A DNA stretch of 64,000 nucleotides from Candidatus Rifleibacteriota bacterium (GCA_015232575.1 JADFZL010000003.1:64001-128000); one strand, 5' to 3'. Positions 9,812 through 20,186 are shown, numbered from the stretch's first letter. Numbers and translations are program-made. The notes: generated from the sequence alone by a model not told the origin.

Positions 9812-11260
9812 ATGAAGAGTGTATTTTCAGAAAAACATTATCGTGATTTTCTGAAACCAAGGCGAGATCTATGGGAAGAGGTTTATTCTTCTCAGACAGA
9901 CCATAAGCGATGGAGCAGATACTATCACAAGCGCCTGGAATCAGTTTTTGCTTTTCTTGTTCCACCAGGGCAAAAAGTACTCGAGCTTGGATGTGGAGAG
10001 GGCGATTTATTAAATTCTGTCAGACCATCATTTGGTGTCGGAATTGATTTTTCTCAGAATGCAATAAACAAAGCAAAGAAAAAGCACCACAATCTTTCAT
10101 TTGTAGTTGCTAACGTTGAGCGTTTGCCTGTAAAAGGTACTTTTGATTATATCATCGTATCAGATATTCTTAACGACCTCTGGGATATAGAAAAACTCTT
10201 CAGAGCCTGTAGAAAGCTTTGTTCAAGAGATACAAGAATAATCATCAACTGCTACAGCAGGTTATGGCAGATTCCGCTTATGATTGCAAGAAAATTTGGA
10301 TTGGCCCAGCCGCTGATGAATCAGAACTGGGTTACATCAGAAGATGTTCAGAATCTTCTATACCTTTCAGAATTTGAAACAATTCGAACCTGGAGCGAAG
10401 TTCTCTGTCCTCTCGAAATGAATAAAGCCTCACATTTTTTAAATTCATTTCTTGTCAGAATGCCTTTTTTCAACCAGGGAGCTTTAACAAATTTTGTTAT
10501 TGCAAGACCCCATTTTTCATCAGAAATATCGAGTTGTGAGAAGCCTTCAGTTTCAATTCTTATTCCTGCACGAAATGAAGCTGGAAATATCCGCGAAATA
10601 CTTGAAAGAACTCCTAACCTTGGAAGCAGTACTGAAATCATTTTTGTTGAAGGAAATTCTACCGACGAGACATATTCAACTATTGAGAAGGAAATCAGCA
10701 ATTTTCCAGGTAGAAAAATTCTATTATTTAAACAAACCGGAAAGGGAAAGGGTGATGCTGTCAGACTTGGCTTCTCAAAAGCCTCCGGAGATATTCTAAT
10801 GATACTTGATGCCGATATGACGGTTGCTCCTGAAGACTTGCCAAGGTTCTATGAAGCACTTGTTTCTGGTAAAGGTGATTTTATCAATGGTATCAGGCTT
10901 GTTTATCCTATGGAAAACAATGCAATGAGATTTTTTAACCTTATCGGCAATAAATTTTTCAGCATGGCTTTTTCTGCGATATTAGGGCAGAACATCAAGG
11001 ATACGCTTTGTGGAACAAAGGTGCTTTGGCGAAAAGATTATGAAAAAATTTCATCAAATCGTTCATTCTTTGGCGATTTTGACCCATTTGGCGATTTTGA
11101 CTTGCTTTTTGGAGCGGCAAAATTGAATTTGAAAATTATTGACATGCCAATCAGATATAAAGAACGAAAATATGGTGAGACAAATATTGAGCGCTGGAAG
11201 CATGGTTGGATGCTGTTGCAGATGGTTATCTTTGCTGCACGTAAACTTAAATTCAGGTAA
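9812..11260 (+). CDS. bifunctional class-I SAM methyltransferase / family-2 glycosyltransferase (DPM1-like) fusion
   Basis: N-terminal methyltransferase motif 'VLELGCGEGDLL'; C-terminal GT2 motifs 'VSILIPARNEAGNI' and 'ILDADMTVAPEDL'. Confidence 0.7.
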   Translation: MKSVFSEKHYRDFLKPRRDLWEEVYSSQTDHKRWSRYYHKRLESVFAFLVPPGQKVLELGCGEGDLLNSVRPSFGVGIDFSQNAINKAKKKHHNLSFVVANVERLPVKGTFDYIIVSDILNDLWDIEKLFRACRKLCSRDTRIIINCYSRLWQIPLMIARKFGLAQPLMNQNWVTSEDVQNLLYLSEFETIRTWSEVLCPLEMNKASHFLNSFLVRMPFFNQGALTNFVIARPHFSSEISSCEKPSVSILIPARNEAGNIREILERTPNLGSSTEIIFVEGNSTDETYSTIEKEISNFPGRKILLFKQTGKGKGDAVRLGFSKASGDILMILDADMTVAPEDLPRFYEALVSGKGDFINGIRLVYPMENNAMRFFNLIGNKFFSMAFSAILGQNIKDTLCGTKVLWRKDYEKISSNRSFFGDFDPFGDFDLLFGAAKLNLKIIDMPIRYKERKYGETNIERWKHGWMLLQMVIFAARKLKFR

Positions 11261-11336
11261 AATTCAGGTAAACCTCAATTTACAATTGGTGAATTAATAT
11301 AGAGCAGTAAAGAGCAGTTTAAAAGAGGACAGAAAT

Positions 11337-12209
11337 TTGCGATCACCTCAAAAAAGTGCAGATACCAGGTCTCTTTCAACAGAATATTCCTTTATTCAGA
11401 AAGTGAAAGAATACCTGGAACATCCGCTTACACGCGGAAAATCGATTGACGATCCTTCCACTTCTGAGTTGCGCAAAGAAATTATCAAAAGTAAACCCTT
11501 TCTTTATTCGCTGTATCGTGAGTGGTACAAATTATTGATCAATAGCCTTCCTGAAATAAACGGTAAGATTCTTGAACTCGGTTCCGGGGGAGGGTTTTTG
11601 GCAGAATTGATTCCGGATTTGATTGCATCGGACATTATTTTTCTTAATAAACTGTCTCTTATATGTGATGCCAGGTCTCTTCCTTTTGTAGGTGATTCAT
11701 TTAAAGCAATTGTAATGGTAAATGTTCTTCATCATATACCATGTATTGATAGTTTTTTTAAATCAGCATCAAGAGTTTTAAAACGTGGTGGAAGAATAAT
11801 AATGATTGAGCCATGGTTGACAAAAACATCCAAATTGATATACAAAAACATGCATCATGAATTGTTTGATGAGAAGCAAAAAGCGTGGCAGCTTTCCACA
11901 GATTCACCGCTTTCTTCTGCAAATGGTGCTCTTCCATGGATAGTTCTGCAGAGAGATATAAGAAAGTTTGAAGCGCTTTTTTCTGAATTTAAAATATTAA
12001 AAATTCACAAGATGATGCCGCTTTCATATTTATTATCAGGTGGTGTATCAATGCGATCTCTTATTCCGGGCTTTTTATATTCTCCCATAAGATTTATTGA
12101 AAATATTCTTGAAAAGAATTTTACCAGCACTGGCATGTTTGCATTGGCAATACTGGAAAAGAACGCTGAGTCTGGCAAATTCGTTCAGCGAAATATTAGA
12201 AAACAATAA
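11337..12209 (+). CDS. class-I SAM-dependent methyltransferase
   Basis: Motif I 'ILELGSGGGFLAELIP' and motif 'IVMVNVLHHIP'. Confidence 0.6.
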   Translation: MRSPQKSADTRSLSTEYSFIQKVKEYLEHPLTRGKSIDDPSTSELRKEIIKSKPFLYSLYREWYKLLINSLPEINGKILELGSGGGFLAELIPDLIASDIIFLNKLSLICDARSLPFVGDSFKAIVMVNVLHHIPCIDSFFKSASRVLKRGGRIIMIEPWLTKTSKLIYKNMHHELFDEKQKAWQLSTDSPLSSANGALPWIVLQRDIRKFEALFSEFKILKIHKMMPLSYLLSGGVSMRSLIPGFLYSPIRFIENILEKNFTSTGMFALAILEKNAESGKFVQRNIRKQ

Positions 12210-12225
12210 AATTTAGAGAATAAAT

Positions 12226-13185
12226 ATGATTTTAGATAATTCTACAAATGATTTTGAATATCTCCGAATTTCTCTGACAGATCGATGTAATCTCAGATGT
12301 TTGTACTGTATGCCTCCTGGTGGTGTAAAGAAGATATCTCACTCAAGCATTATCAGTTACGAAGAAATTCTGAAAATTGTCAGAGCTTCTGTTAAAAATG
12401 GTGTTTTCAGAGTCAGAGTGACTGGTGGTGAGCCGCTGGTGCGAAAAGGTGTTGAGAATTTTATTTCACGATTACGTGAAATTCCGGAAATAAAAGACCT
12501 TTCGCTTACAACTAACGGAGTTTTCCTTATGGAGAAGGCATCTGATTTGGTATCATCAGGATTGATGAGAGTAAATATAAGCCTTGATTCGCTGAATCCT
12601 GATACGTATAAAAAGATTACCAGGTGTGGTGAATTGAGTGAAGTATTGATTGGAATATTCAGAGCTCTGGAAGTTGGTTTGAATCCGGTTAAAATTAATG
12701 TTGTACTTATTCCGGGAATGAATGATTCTGAGATCCTTGACTTTGCTGATTTTGCTTTCAAGAATTCTGTTCACGTTCGATTTATCGAAAAAATGCCTTT
12801 TGCCGGAAGCAATAAAAACGATTTTATAAGCCAATCTGAAATTATAAATACAATAAGTACCAAATATTTTCTTTTTCCTGAAAGCAATTATATTGGTGGT
12901 GGACCAGCCAAGTTGTTCTCCATCGAAAATGGCAGAGGGAAGATCGGCTTTATAAGTTCACATACTCAACCTTTCTGCAGCACATGCAAGAGATTGCGGC
13001 TTTCTGCAGAAGGTTTTCTCATGCCTTGTCTTGATGCTCGCTCTGGTGTTTTTACCAGAGGTAAAACAGAAGAAGAATTAACTGGAATTATCAGAGAACT
13101 TGGAATTCAGAAAAGATATCTGTCTAAAAAATGTGCAGAGTTTCATGATGCGGGATGCTTTTCTCTCTCATCAATTGGCGGTTAG
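12226..13185 (+). CDS. moaA: GTP 3',8-cyclase MoaA (radical SAM)
   Basis: 'YLRISLTDRCNLRCLYCMP' CxxxCxxC radical-SAM motif identical in layout to MoaA; C-terminal second-cluster motif 'FCSTCKRLRLSAEGFLMPCL'. Confidence 0.85.
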   Translation: MILDNSTNDFEYLRISLTDRCNLRCLYCMPPGGVKKISHSSIISYEEILKIVRASVKNGVFRVRVTGGEPLVRKGVENFISRLREIPEIKDLSLTTNGVFLMEKASDLVSSGLMRVNISLDSLNPDTYKKITRCGELSEVLIGIFRALEVGLNPVKINVVLIPGMNDSEILDFADFAFKNSVHVRFIEKMPFAGSNKNDFISQSEIINTISTKYFLFPESNYIGGGPAKLFSIENGRGKIGFISSHTQPFCSTCKRLRLSAEGFLMPCLDARSGVFTRGKTEEELTGIIRELGIQKRYLSKKCAEFHDAGCFSLSSIGG

Positions 13186-13204
13186 TTTTTACATGGAGAA
13201 AAAT

Positions 13205-14161
13205 ATGACTAATGACAAAACTGGTTTATATTCAGTTGGAATTGATCTTGGCGGTACCAAGATTGCTGTCGGTCTTTGTTCTGAAGGAATCATCAGAAAA
13301 AAAGTGCTTAAACCAACAAATGCTGAAAAAGGTCCTATCGAAGTCATTAAAGTTATGTCAGATGCCGTTAAAGAAGCATGTGAAGGAGTTCCGGCTGAAA
13401 AAATTTCCGGAGTTGGCGTTGGAGCAGCTGGTCAGATAGATGCTGTAACAGGTAAAGTGATATACGCCCCGAACTTAGGATGGGAAAATGTTCATCTGGC
13501 AGAAGTTCTGAAAAAAAATCTTTCCATGAATATTAAAGTAACGAATGATGTCAGAGCTGCTACCATTGCTGAATTATATTATGGCGCGGGAAAAGGCTTG
13601 ACTGATTTTCTTAATATTTTTGTCGGAACTGGCATTGGTTCAGGATTTGTAATTAATGGTAAAATTATTGAGGGAGTTACAAACACTGCCGGCGAAATTG
13701 GACATACTTGCCTTGACCCCGAAGGTCCACTTTGCGGATGTGGCAAGCAAGGCTGCTTCGAAGCTTTCTCATCTGGAAGGGCAATTGAAAATTTCGTTAA
13801 AAGCAAACTTTTGTATGGCTATAAAAGTGAAATAATGAAACTTGCCGATGAAAATCTGAATAAAGTTTCATGCAGAATTATCGGCCAGGCTGCCAGAAAT
13901 GGTGATTCTCTGGCACTTTCTTCGCTTGAAAGGGCTGGCATGTATATTGGACTTGTCATTGCAAACATACATACAATGTTGAATCCGCAAACGGTCATTC
14001 TGGGCGGTGGAGTAATGGGATTAAAGGAGTTCATCGTTCCGGCAATAGAAAAGGCTGTAGAGAAATTTGTGCTTCCGGTTTCGAAAAGAGACAATTTCTT
14101 TACTATGGCTCTCTGCGAAAATGATGCCGGAATTCTTGGCAGTGCTGCGCTCTTTATCTGA
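13205..14161 (+). CDS. ROK-family sugar kinase (glucokinase-like)
   Basis: 'VGIDLGGTKIAVGL' ATP-binding motif; ROK zinc motif 'CGCGKQGCFE'; likely start ATG 13205 (RBS GGAGAAA); the track ORF from 13100 overlaps moaA. Confidence 0.8.
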   Translation: MTNDKTGLYSVGIDLGGTKIAVGLCSEGIIRKKVLKPTNAEKGPIEVIKVMSDAVKEACEGVPAEKISGVGVGAAGQIDAVTGKVIYAPNLGWENVHLAEVLKKNLSMNIKVTNDVRAATIAELYYGAGKGLTDFLNIFVGTGIGSGFVINGKIIEGVTNTAGEIGHTCLDPEGPLCGCGKQGCFEAFSSGRAIENFVKSKLLYGYKSEIMKLADENLNKVSCRIIGQAARNGDSLALSSLERAGMYIGLVIANIHTMLNPQTVILGGGVMGLKEFIVPAIEKAVEKFVLPVSKRDNFFTMALCENDAGILGSAALFI

Positions 14162-14180
14162 CAGACATTCAGGAGCAATA

Positions 14181-15146
14181 ATGAAGCCAATAAGGCCCTG
14201 TATTTTTAATGGTTCAGCAGAAAAACTTCCAAATCCGTTCCTGCCATTGGAAGATGGCTTAAGGCTTATTTCTTTTCTTGTACAGACAGCACGAAATTTT
14301 CCTTCATTACTACTTGCTTTTTCTGCAAAAAAAGGTGCAAGATCTGCTTCATGGGAAATAGCTGAATTCTTTGCCCAGCTTGGTTTGAATGTTTTTATTT
14401 CCAAAAATCCAGTTCCAATAAGCGCTTTGTCACTTTCTCTTATTAAGAGAAATATTCCAATGGGTGTTTATATTGATTGTGATAAGAATGATAACTGGAC
14501 GATCTTTCCTATTGGCGTAAATGGTGGTCCGGCGCTTATTTCCTCAGATAATACTTATCCTCTGATCGAAAAACTTCCTTTCTCAGGCGTGGTAGGTGAA
14601 ACCGATCTTATCGAAGTTTATGTAAAGTCCCTTGAATGCTTGACTGATCTTTCATATATTACTGAATCGTATATAAAAGAACTGGTTTTCCCTTTTTCAG
14701 CAGTGATGGAAAAAATTAAGGAAAATGTTTGTTTTAAAAATCTTTCTTCCGATAATTTAAAAGGAATGACTGCTATTGTCAGCAATGATGGACAGATTCT
14801 TGAATTATTTCTTCCAAATGGAGAAAAAGTTTCTGACGAGACAATAATTAAAGTTCTTGCAAATTATCTAATCGGGGTTAGGGAAAGCCGCGGTACAGTT
14901 TTTATTTCCTCGAAAAATTCTGAGGATATTAAATTCAATGGATTATCAATTAAGAATGCAGAGATTCAAAGGGTGGGGGACGACACAGTAGAATTAGCCC
15001 ATAGAAGTGGCTACAGCGACCTTCTCATAGGTTGTTGTCCTCCCGGACATTTTATTCATCAAGGTCATACACCCTTTGGAGATGGCCTTTTAACTCTTTT
15101 TTATCTCCTTGAAGCCTGGGATTGGGAAGAATCGAATCTTCCATAA
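14181..15146 (+). CDS. hypothetical protein, possibly a degenerate alpha-D-phosphohexomutase-like protein
   Basis: RBS AGGAG before ATG 14181; weak resemblance to the PGM/PMM metal loop ('GVYIDCDKNDN' vs DGDGDR) with no intact TASHNP serine motif; function uncertain. Confidence 0.35.
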   Translation: MKPIRPCIFNGSAEKLPNPFLPLEDGLRLISFLVQTARNFPSLLLAFSAKKGARSASWEIAEFFAQLGLNVFISKNPVPISALSLSLIKRNIPMGVYIDCDKNDNWTIFPIGVNGGPALISSDNTYPLIEKLPFSGVVGETDLIEVYVKSLECLTDLSYITESYIKELVFPFSAVMEKIKENVCFKNLSSDNLKGMTAIVSNDGQILELFLPNGEKVSDETIIKVLANYLIGVRESRGTVFISSKNSEDIKFNGLSIKNAEIQRVGDDTVELAHRSGYSDLLIGCCPPGHFIHQGHTPFGDGLLTLFYLLEAWDWEESNLP

Positions 15147-15258
15147 TAATTAAAAATATAGTATAATTAGCCTGAAGCAATCTTTTCAATAAACTGAGAA
15201 TGATATTCTTTTATTTTACGCACTGAACAAGCAAAAAAGCGTCTCCTGAGGAACAAAA

Positions 15259-16449
15259 ATGAAATCTCTTTCCCTGAAAGATGGTCGAACTGTCACTATA
15301 AAATCTGCAGGACATGAAGATATTGATCAGATAATGAAGCTTTATGATCGGGTATATTCGGGCAGTTACCCTTTAAAGGATGTCACAGATCCACAACAGA
15401 TAAAAAAAAGGATTGAAGACACCAATTATTTCTGGCCCCTTGCATATCATGGGAAGGATTTAATCGCTTCTGTACTTTTTACCGTTGATCAGGTTAACAA
15501 ACTTGGGAAAGTCTATGCTGCAGTTGTGAGAGACGATTTCCGCGGTCACGATGTCATGCATGAGGTTTCAACGCTTGGCATTGAAAGACTTACTAAAATA
15601 ACCAGATCCTGCGATGTTATATACGGAACCGCCCGAACAGTTTCACTTGCCCCACAGGTTATTCTTGAACATCTGGGTTTTCTTCCCATGGGTGTTTTTC
15701 CGAATGTCAGAAAAGTTCAGTCATTTGAAACTCATGGTCTTGAAATCTATTTCAGGGAAGATTCCCTGAAGCTTCGAAAAAAACAGCCCCAGCTTGTGCC
15801 AGAAGTCAGGGAATTTTATCACATAGTACAATCAATCATTCATCTTGAAGACTTTAAGGAGATAATCCTTCCAGTTTTTGACCCAAAGGATATGGGCAGT
15901 CCAATTAATTTTATTATAAATCATGACGAAGCTGACGTTCATCAGAAATTTGAATTATATCAAAACAAAGATTATATGGAAAAAGTTTTTTTTCCATTTG
16001 CAGAGCCAAATATGCTTTTTGTATCTGAAAATGGTGACGCAGAAATTTTTGTTAACCTATGTGAGACAGACGGCAATGGAACAATTTTAGGTTATAGAAT
16101 TCAAAACACCGATTTGAGAAGAGTTCTGTTGTGGTTTTGCGAGGCTGCTTCAAAAGAAAAAATGAGGTATCTTGAACTTCTTGTAAATGCTTACAAGCCA
16201 GAGCTTCAAAGAATTGCCCTAGATGCTAAATTTCTTCCATGTGCATATTTTCCGGCAGCAAAAATGAATGAAAACGGTGAGCGCGAAGATTACGTAGTAT
16301 TTTCAAGGTCGTTTGAAAGTCTTGATTTTATGGATATGAAACTTGGACAGACAAATCGCAGATTTCTTGATGCGTTTATGAAGTGCTGGTATGAAATGCT
16401 GCTGAGATGCCAACCCAGCTTTGATGGCGAGGAGTGGCGAATTGTCTGA
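15259..16449 (+). CDS. GNAT-like acyltransferase-domain protein with a ~250-aa C-terminal extension of unknown function
   Basis: N-terminus 'VTIKSAGHEDIDQIMKLYDRVY' typical of GNAT starts; end overlaps the downstream LuxE-like gene. Confidence 0.45.
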   Translation: MKSLSLKDGRTVTIKSAGHEDIDQIMKLYDRVYSGSYPLKDVTDPQQIKKRIEDTNYFWPLAYHGKDLIASVLFTVDQVNKLGKVYAAVVRDDFRGHDVMHEVSTLGIERLTKITRSCDVIYGTARTVSLAPQVILEHLGFLPMGVFPNVRKVQSFETHGLEIYFREDSLKLRKKQPQLVPEVREFYHIVQSIIHLEDFKEIILPVFDPKDMGSPINFIINHDEADVHQKFELYQNKDYMEKVFFPFAEPNMLFVSENGDAEIFVNLCETDGNGTILGYRIQNTDLRRVLLWFCEAASKEKMRYLELLVNAYKPELQRIALDAKFLPCAYFPAAKMNENGEREDYVVFSRSFESLDFMDMKLGQTNRRFLDAFMKCWYEMLLRCQPSFDGEEWRIV

Positions 16450-17593
16450 GGCAATTAAGCGTTTTCCCTTATCTGAAAAACTGTTCAGTAATCCCATGGC
16501 GTTTCAGCATGATTCGCTATCAGACATTCTTTTTGAAAATTCAATGAAAGAAGCGCTTATCTGGCATTACCTGAATTGTCGGGGTTTTGCTGCTTTCATG
16601 TCTATTCAGGGCTTTAATTCGCTTAAATCACTTGATTCAATAGATAAATGCGAGAAGATTCCACCGCTTTTTGTAAATGTATTTAAGGAATTCAGATTAA
16701 TTTCAATTCCCGAAGAAAAAATTAAACTTGAGTTGACATCATCTGGAACCGGAGGGAAAAAAAGCGCTGTTGTTCTTGATGAAATCTCATATAACAGAAT
16801 TCTGAAAGCTGTATCGGGAGTATTTTCAAGCCTTGGATTAAGAAATGACGAAGAAGAAGTAAACTATATCTGTTTCGCTTATGATCCGAAATATGCTGCA
16901 GACAAAGGAACAACTTTTTCTGATAAACAGCTTACTTATTTGACAAAACGAAAAGATGTGTATTACGCCATAAGATGGAATAAAGAAAAGTCTGATTTCG
17001 AATTCAACCCTGACCAGACTGTAAAAAAACTTTTAAAATTCTCTGTTGACGGTCCTGTCAGATTACTTGGTTTTCCGGCGTATTTGTGGCAGATATGTGA
17101 AATACTTGAAAAGAAGGGAATTCGCCTTCATTTAGGCGACCGCTCTTTTATAATTACAGGCGGTGGCTGGAAAGTTTTCAAAAACAGGGAAGTCCGCAAA
17201 GAAGTTTTCAAAGAAAAAATCGAAGAGATTCTTGGCATTCCACAAAAGAATATCCGTGACAGCTATGGACTTGTTGAACATGGAATACCTTATCTTGAGT
17301 GTGAGCACGGACGAATGCATGTTCCCATATATTCAAGAGCGCGGGTGGTTGATCCTGAGACTTTATTTCCGTTCCCCGATGGAACAGAGGGTTTGCTTCA
17401 TCTTATGACACCATTCCTGACAAGTTATCCTTCATTATCTGTTCTTACTACCGATAAAGCGATATTAGAAAATAATTGTCCATGCGGTCTGGCTGGAAAA
17501 ACTCTAAAAATAACTGGTAGAGCTGGTTTGTCGAAAAATAAGGGGTGTGCAATTTCAGCACTGGAATATATAAAAAAATATGACGGAAAATAA
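16421..17593 (+). CDS. LuxE-family acyl-protein synthetase-like adenylating enzyme
   Basis: 'ELTSSGTGGKKSAVVLDE' P-loop-like adenylation motif and overall LuxE/PaaK-like organisation; overlaps neighbours on both sides (operonic). Confidence 0.65.
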   Translation: MMARSGELSEAIKRFPLSEKLFSNPMAFQHDSLSDILFENSMKEALIWHYLNCRGFAAFMSIQGFNSLKSLDSIDKCEKIPPLFVNVFKEFRLISIPEEKIKLELTSSGTGGKKSAVVLDEISYNRILKAVSGVFSSLGLRNDEEEVNYICFAYDPKYAADKGTTFSDKQLTYLTKRKDVYYAIRWNKEKSDFEFNPDQTVKKLLKFSVDGPVRLLGFPAYLWQICEILEKKGIRLHLGDRSFIITGGGWKVFKNREVRKEVFKEKIEEILGIPQKNIRDSYGLVEHGIPYLECEHGRMHVPIYSRARVVDPETLFPFPDGTEGLLHLMTPFLTSYPSLSVLTTDKAILENNCPCGLAGKTLKITGRAGLSKNKGCAISALEYIKKYDGK

Positions 17594-20186
17594 TAAATAC
17601 TACATTTTTGGTGAGTCTGTACCAGTTGAAAATCTTGATTTCAGATTGATTTTATCTTTTATTAAAAAAGCGTCAGATCTTAAAAACATTTTTTCTCAAA
17701 CTCCGATTGAGCGAATTCTTGATGTTTTGGAAAAAGTTTCAAAAATATGGTCTGATAAAGAGCATCCCTTTGTAAAAAAAGCCCTTCAACTACTTCCGGA
17801 AATGATTGGTTTCAGCCGGGAAATGGTATTGCTGGGAATTGAAGCTGTCTCAGAAATATGTTGCAGAACAAATCTTGAAAAACGGCTGGATTGCGAACTT
17901 GGCAACAGAAAATACACAGACTCATGGGTGTATGATGAAAAAAGAGGCATTGAATTAAAAACGGTTCCGCATGGAGTTCTGCTCCATATCTCAGCGGGAA
18001 ATGTCTTTGTTGGTGCTATTGACAGTCTCATTTCCGGAATTGTCACTAAAAATGTGAATATTCTTAAAATGAGCAGTGCTGACACTCTTTTTCCTGTTCT
18101 TTTTCTTGAAAGCATTCGGGAATCAGACCCTGAAAATATTATCTGGCCATTTCAATGTCTTATCAACTGGCGTGGTGGTGACTCTGATTTTGAAGAAATT
18201 CTTTTTGATTCTTCTCTGACAGTTGTTTTCTGGGGTGGCAAAGAAGCGCTTAAATCGATAAGAGCGAAGTGTGGTGAAAATATCAGATTTGTTGAAAATG
18301 GTCCAAGATTTTCTTTTGCTGTTGGAGATGGAAATTACCTGAAATATTTTTCTACCGATTCTTTTATAAGGGGCCTTGCAAAAGACATTTCAACCTGGGA
18401 TCAGCATGCCTGTTCATCACCTCATCTTGTTTATCTGTTAAACTCAGATGAAAAAACAACAGATAGTTTTATTGAAAATCTTTTCAATGAAATGAAATTC
18501 TTTTCAGAAAATCTTCCTCAGGGAAAACTTGACTTTGACCAGAAGGTTGAGATTCGCAAAATTCGCTCAATTGCTGAGATGAGTTCGGTATATGATTCAA
18601 CAAAGCTTTTCTGTCCGGATGATTTCTCTTTTTCAATTATACGTGAGCCGAAAAAGGAATTCAGAATTTCAAGTCTGAACAGAGTCATTTATGTTAAAAA
18701 CCTTGATTCTGCAGCCGAATTGAAAGAATTTATTTTTCCTTTATCTGCATATCTTCAGACTGTCGGAATATGTCTTTCCCCTGAATTACGTCACGAAGTT
18801 ACAGAAATTCTGGAAAAGCTTGGAGTAAAGCGTTTCACCGAATGGGGTGGGATGTCATCAGGAAAAACGGGAGCTCCTCATGAAGGTTCTTTCTTTCTTA
18901 CAAAATTGGTTGATTTCATTGTAAGGGAGCCTTCTGATTTTAACAGCTATAAACTCGAAGATTTATTTCGTGAGTTAAAAAAGTCGCCGTATTATGCAAA
19001 AATATTGAATGAAATACCGCCTGGTTTGCCGGTTCACGAAGTATTATCGAGATTTCCCGTAATGACAAGAGATATCTTTTATCGAATTTCTCCACCGACA
19101 TCCACCGAAATATTAACTGGACCGCTTGCCGACGCCTATGTCTTTGCCTCTGGCGGTACAACAGGAACTCCGAAATATGCATTTTATTCTAACCAGGAAT
19201 TTCTCTTCACTGCCCAGAAACAGGCTTTTATTTTTTCAAAAGCTGGAATGGAAAGCACTGATAGAACGGCAAATCTTTTTCTGGCAGGGAATCTCTGGAT
19301 GAGCTACACGATAGTTAATCGTGCCATTGAGCTTATAGGATGCCTGAATTTGCCAGTAGCTGCAAATTCAAGCATTGAAAACATTTTCCAATATCTGGAA
19401 TCTCTCAAAGCTTCTGTAGTTGTAGGTTTGCCATCAATGATTGTGCGGCTGGCAGAAGAGGCAAAAAAGAGAAATATATCTCTGAAAATAAAGAAAATAT
19501 TTTATGCTGGTGAACACATGCATCCGGCAATGAAAGAGTTTTTGAAAGAAGTCTTTCAAGCTGAAATAATAAATTCAGCAGGCTATGCCTGTGTTGACAC
19601 CGGGGCAATTGGATATCAATGCCGCTTCCTCACCGGATCTCAACACCATGTTCTTGATGACTTGCAGTATGTTGAAATTTTAGATGAAAATCAGAAACCT
19701 GTTGGCGTTGATTTCCCAGGTGAGATTATTGTTACAAATCTTTATCGTCAGTTAATGCCGATTGTGAGGTATAAGACCGGAGACCTTGGAAAATGGATTG
19801 AAAACACAGGCTGTCAATGTGGCTGTGTCGGAAGAACTTTTGAACTTCTCGGACGATGTGATGATCTTATGGTTATCGGAGGGATAACGCTTCTGCCGGG
19901 CGATGTTGCGAAAGTATTGGCACCCTTCCCGGAAGCACTTTGTTTTCAGATTTCAGCCAGAAAAAATAATCAGAAAGATGTTCTTATTCTTAAAATTGAA
20001 TCAGAAAAATATATTTCAGAAAAACTGATTATTCAGTCCATGCACAATAATTCGTTTAAGTTGAAAGAAGCAATTGATGAGAATTGGCTTGAAATTGACA
20101 TTCAAATGTTAAAACCCGGCTCAATTGAGCGCAATTCAAGAACGGGTAAAGTTCGCCAGGTGATTGACGATAGAAGTAAAGTGTGA
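17580..20186 (+). CDS. fusion protein: LuxC-family acyl-CoA reductase (N-terminal) + PaaK/LuxE-like adenylate-forming domain (C-terminal)
   Basis: N-terminal half has the LuxC-like 'TWDQHACSSPHLVYL' catalytic-Cys motif; C-terminal half has 'VFASGGTTGTPKYAFY' (AMP-binding SGGTTGxPK) and a cysteine cluster 'CQCGC'. Confidence 0.7.
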   Translation: MTENNKYYIFGESVPVENLDFRLILSFIKKASDLKNIFSQTPIERILDVLEKVSKIWSDKEHPFVKKALQLLPEMIGFSREMVLLGIEAVSEICCRTNLEKRLDCELGNRKYTDSWVYDEKRGIELKTVPHGVLLHISAGNVFVGAIDSLISGIVTKNVNILKMSSADTLFPVLFLESIRESDPENIIWPFQCLINWRGGDSDFEEILFDSSLTVVFWGGKEALKSIRAKCGENIRFVENGPRFSFAVGDGNYLKYFSTDSFIRGLAKDISTWDQHACSSPHLVYLLNSDEKTTDSFIENLFNEMKFFSENLPQGKLDFDQKVEIRKIRSIAEMSSVYDSTKLFCPDDFSFSIIREPKKEFRISSLNRVIYVKNLDSAAELKEFIFPLSAYLQTVGICLSPELRHEVTEILEKLGVKRFTEWGGMSSGKTGAPHEGSFFLTKLVDFIVREPSDFNSYKLEDLFRELKKSPYYAKILNEIPPGLPVHEVLSRFPVMTRDIFYRISPPTSTEILTGPLADAYVFASGGTTGTPKYAFYSNQEFLFTAQKQAFIFSKAGMESTDRTANLFLAGNLWMSYTIVNRAIELIGCLNLPVAANSSIENIFQYLESLKASVVVGLPSMIVRLAEEAKKRNISLKIKKIFYAGEHMHPAMKEFLKEVFQAEIINSAGYACVDTGAIGYQCRFLTGSQHHVLDDLQYVEILDENQKPVGVDFPGEIIVTNLYRQLMPIVRYKTGDLGKWIENTGCQCGCVGRTFELLGRCDDLMVIGGITLLPGDVAKVLAPFPEALCFQISARKNNQKDVLILKIESEKYISEKLIIQSMHNNSFKLKEAIDENWLEIDIQMLKPGSIERNSRTGKVRQVIDDRSKV

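Noticed and set aside
14067-14180. Track ORF start at 14067 overlapping the ROK kinase by about 95 nt
   Set aside because: An internal ATG at 14181 with an AGGAG RBS gives a non-overlapping gene. The upstream extension is probably not translated.
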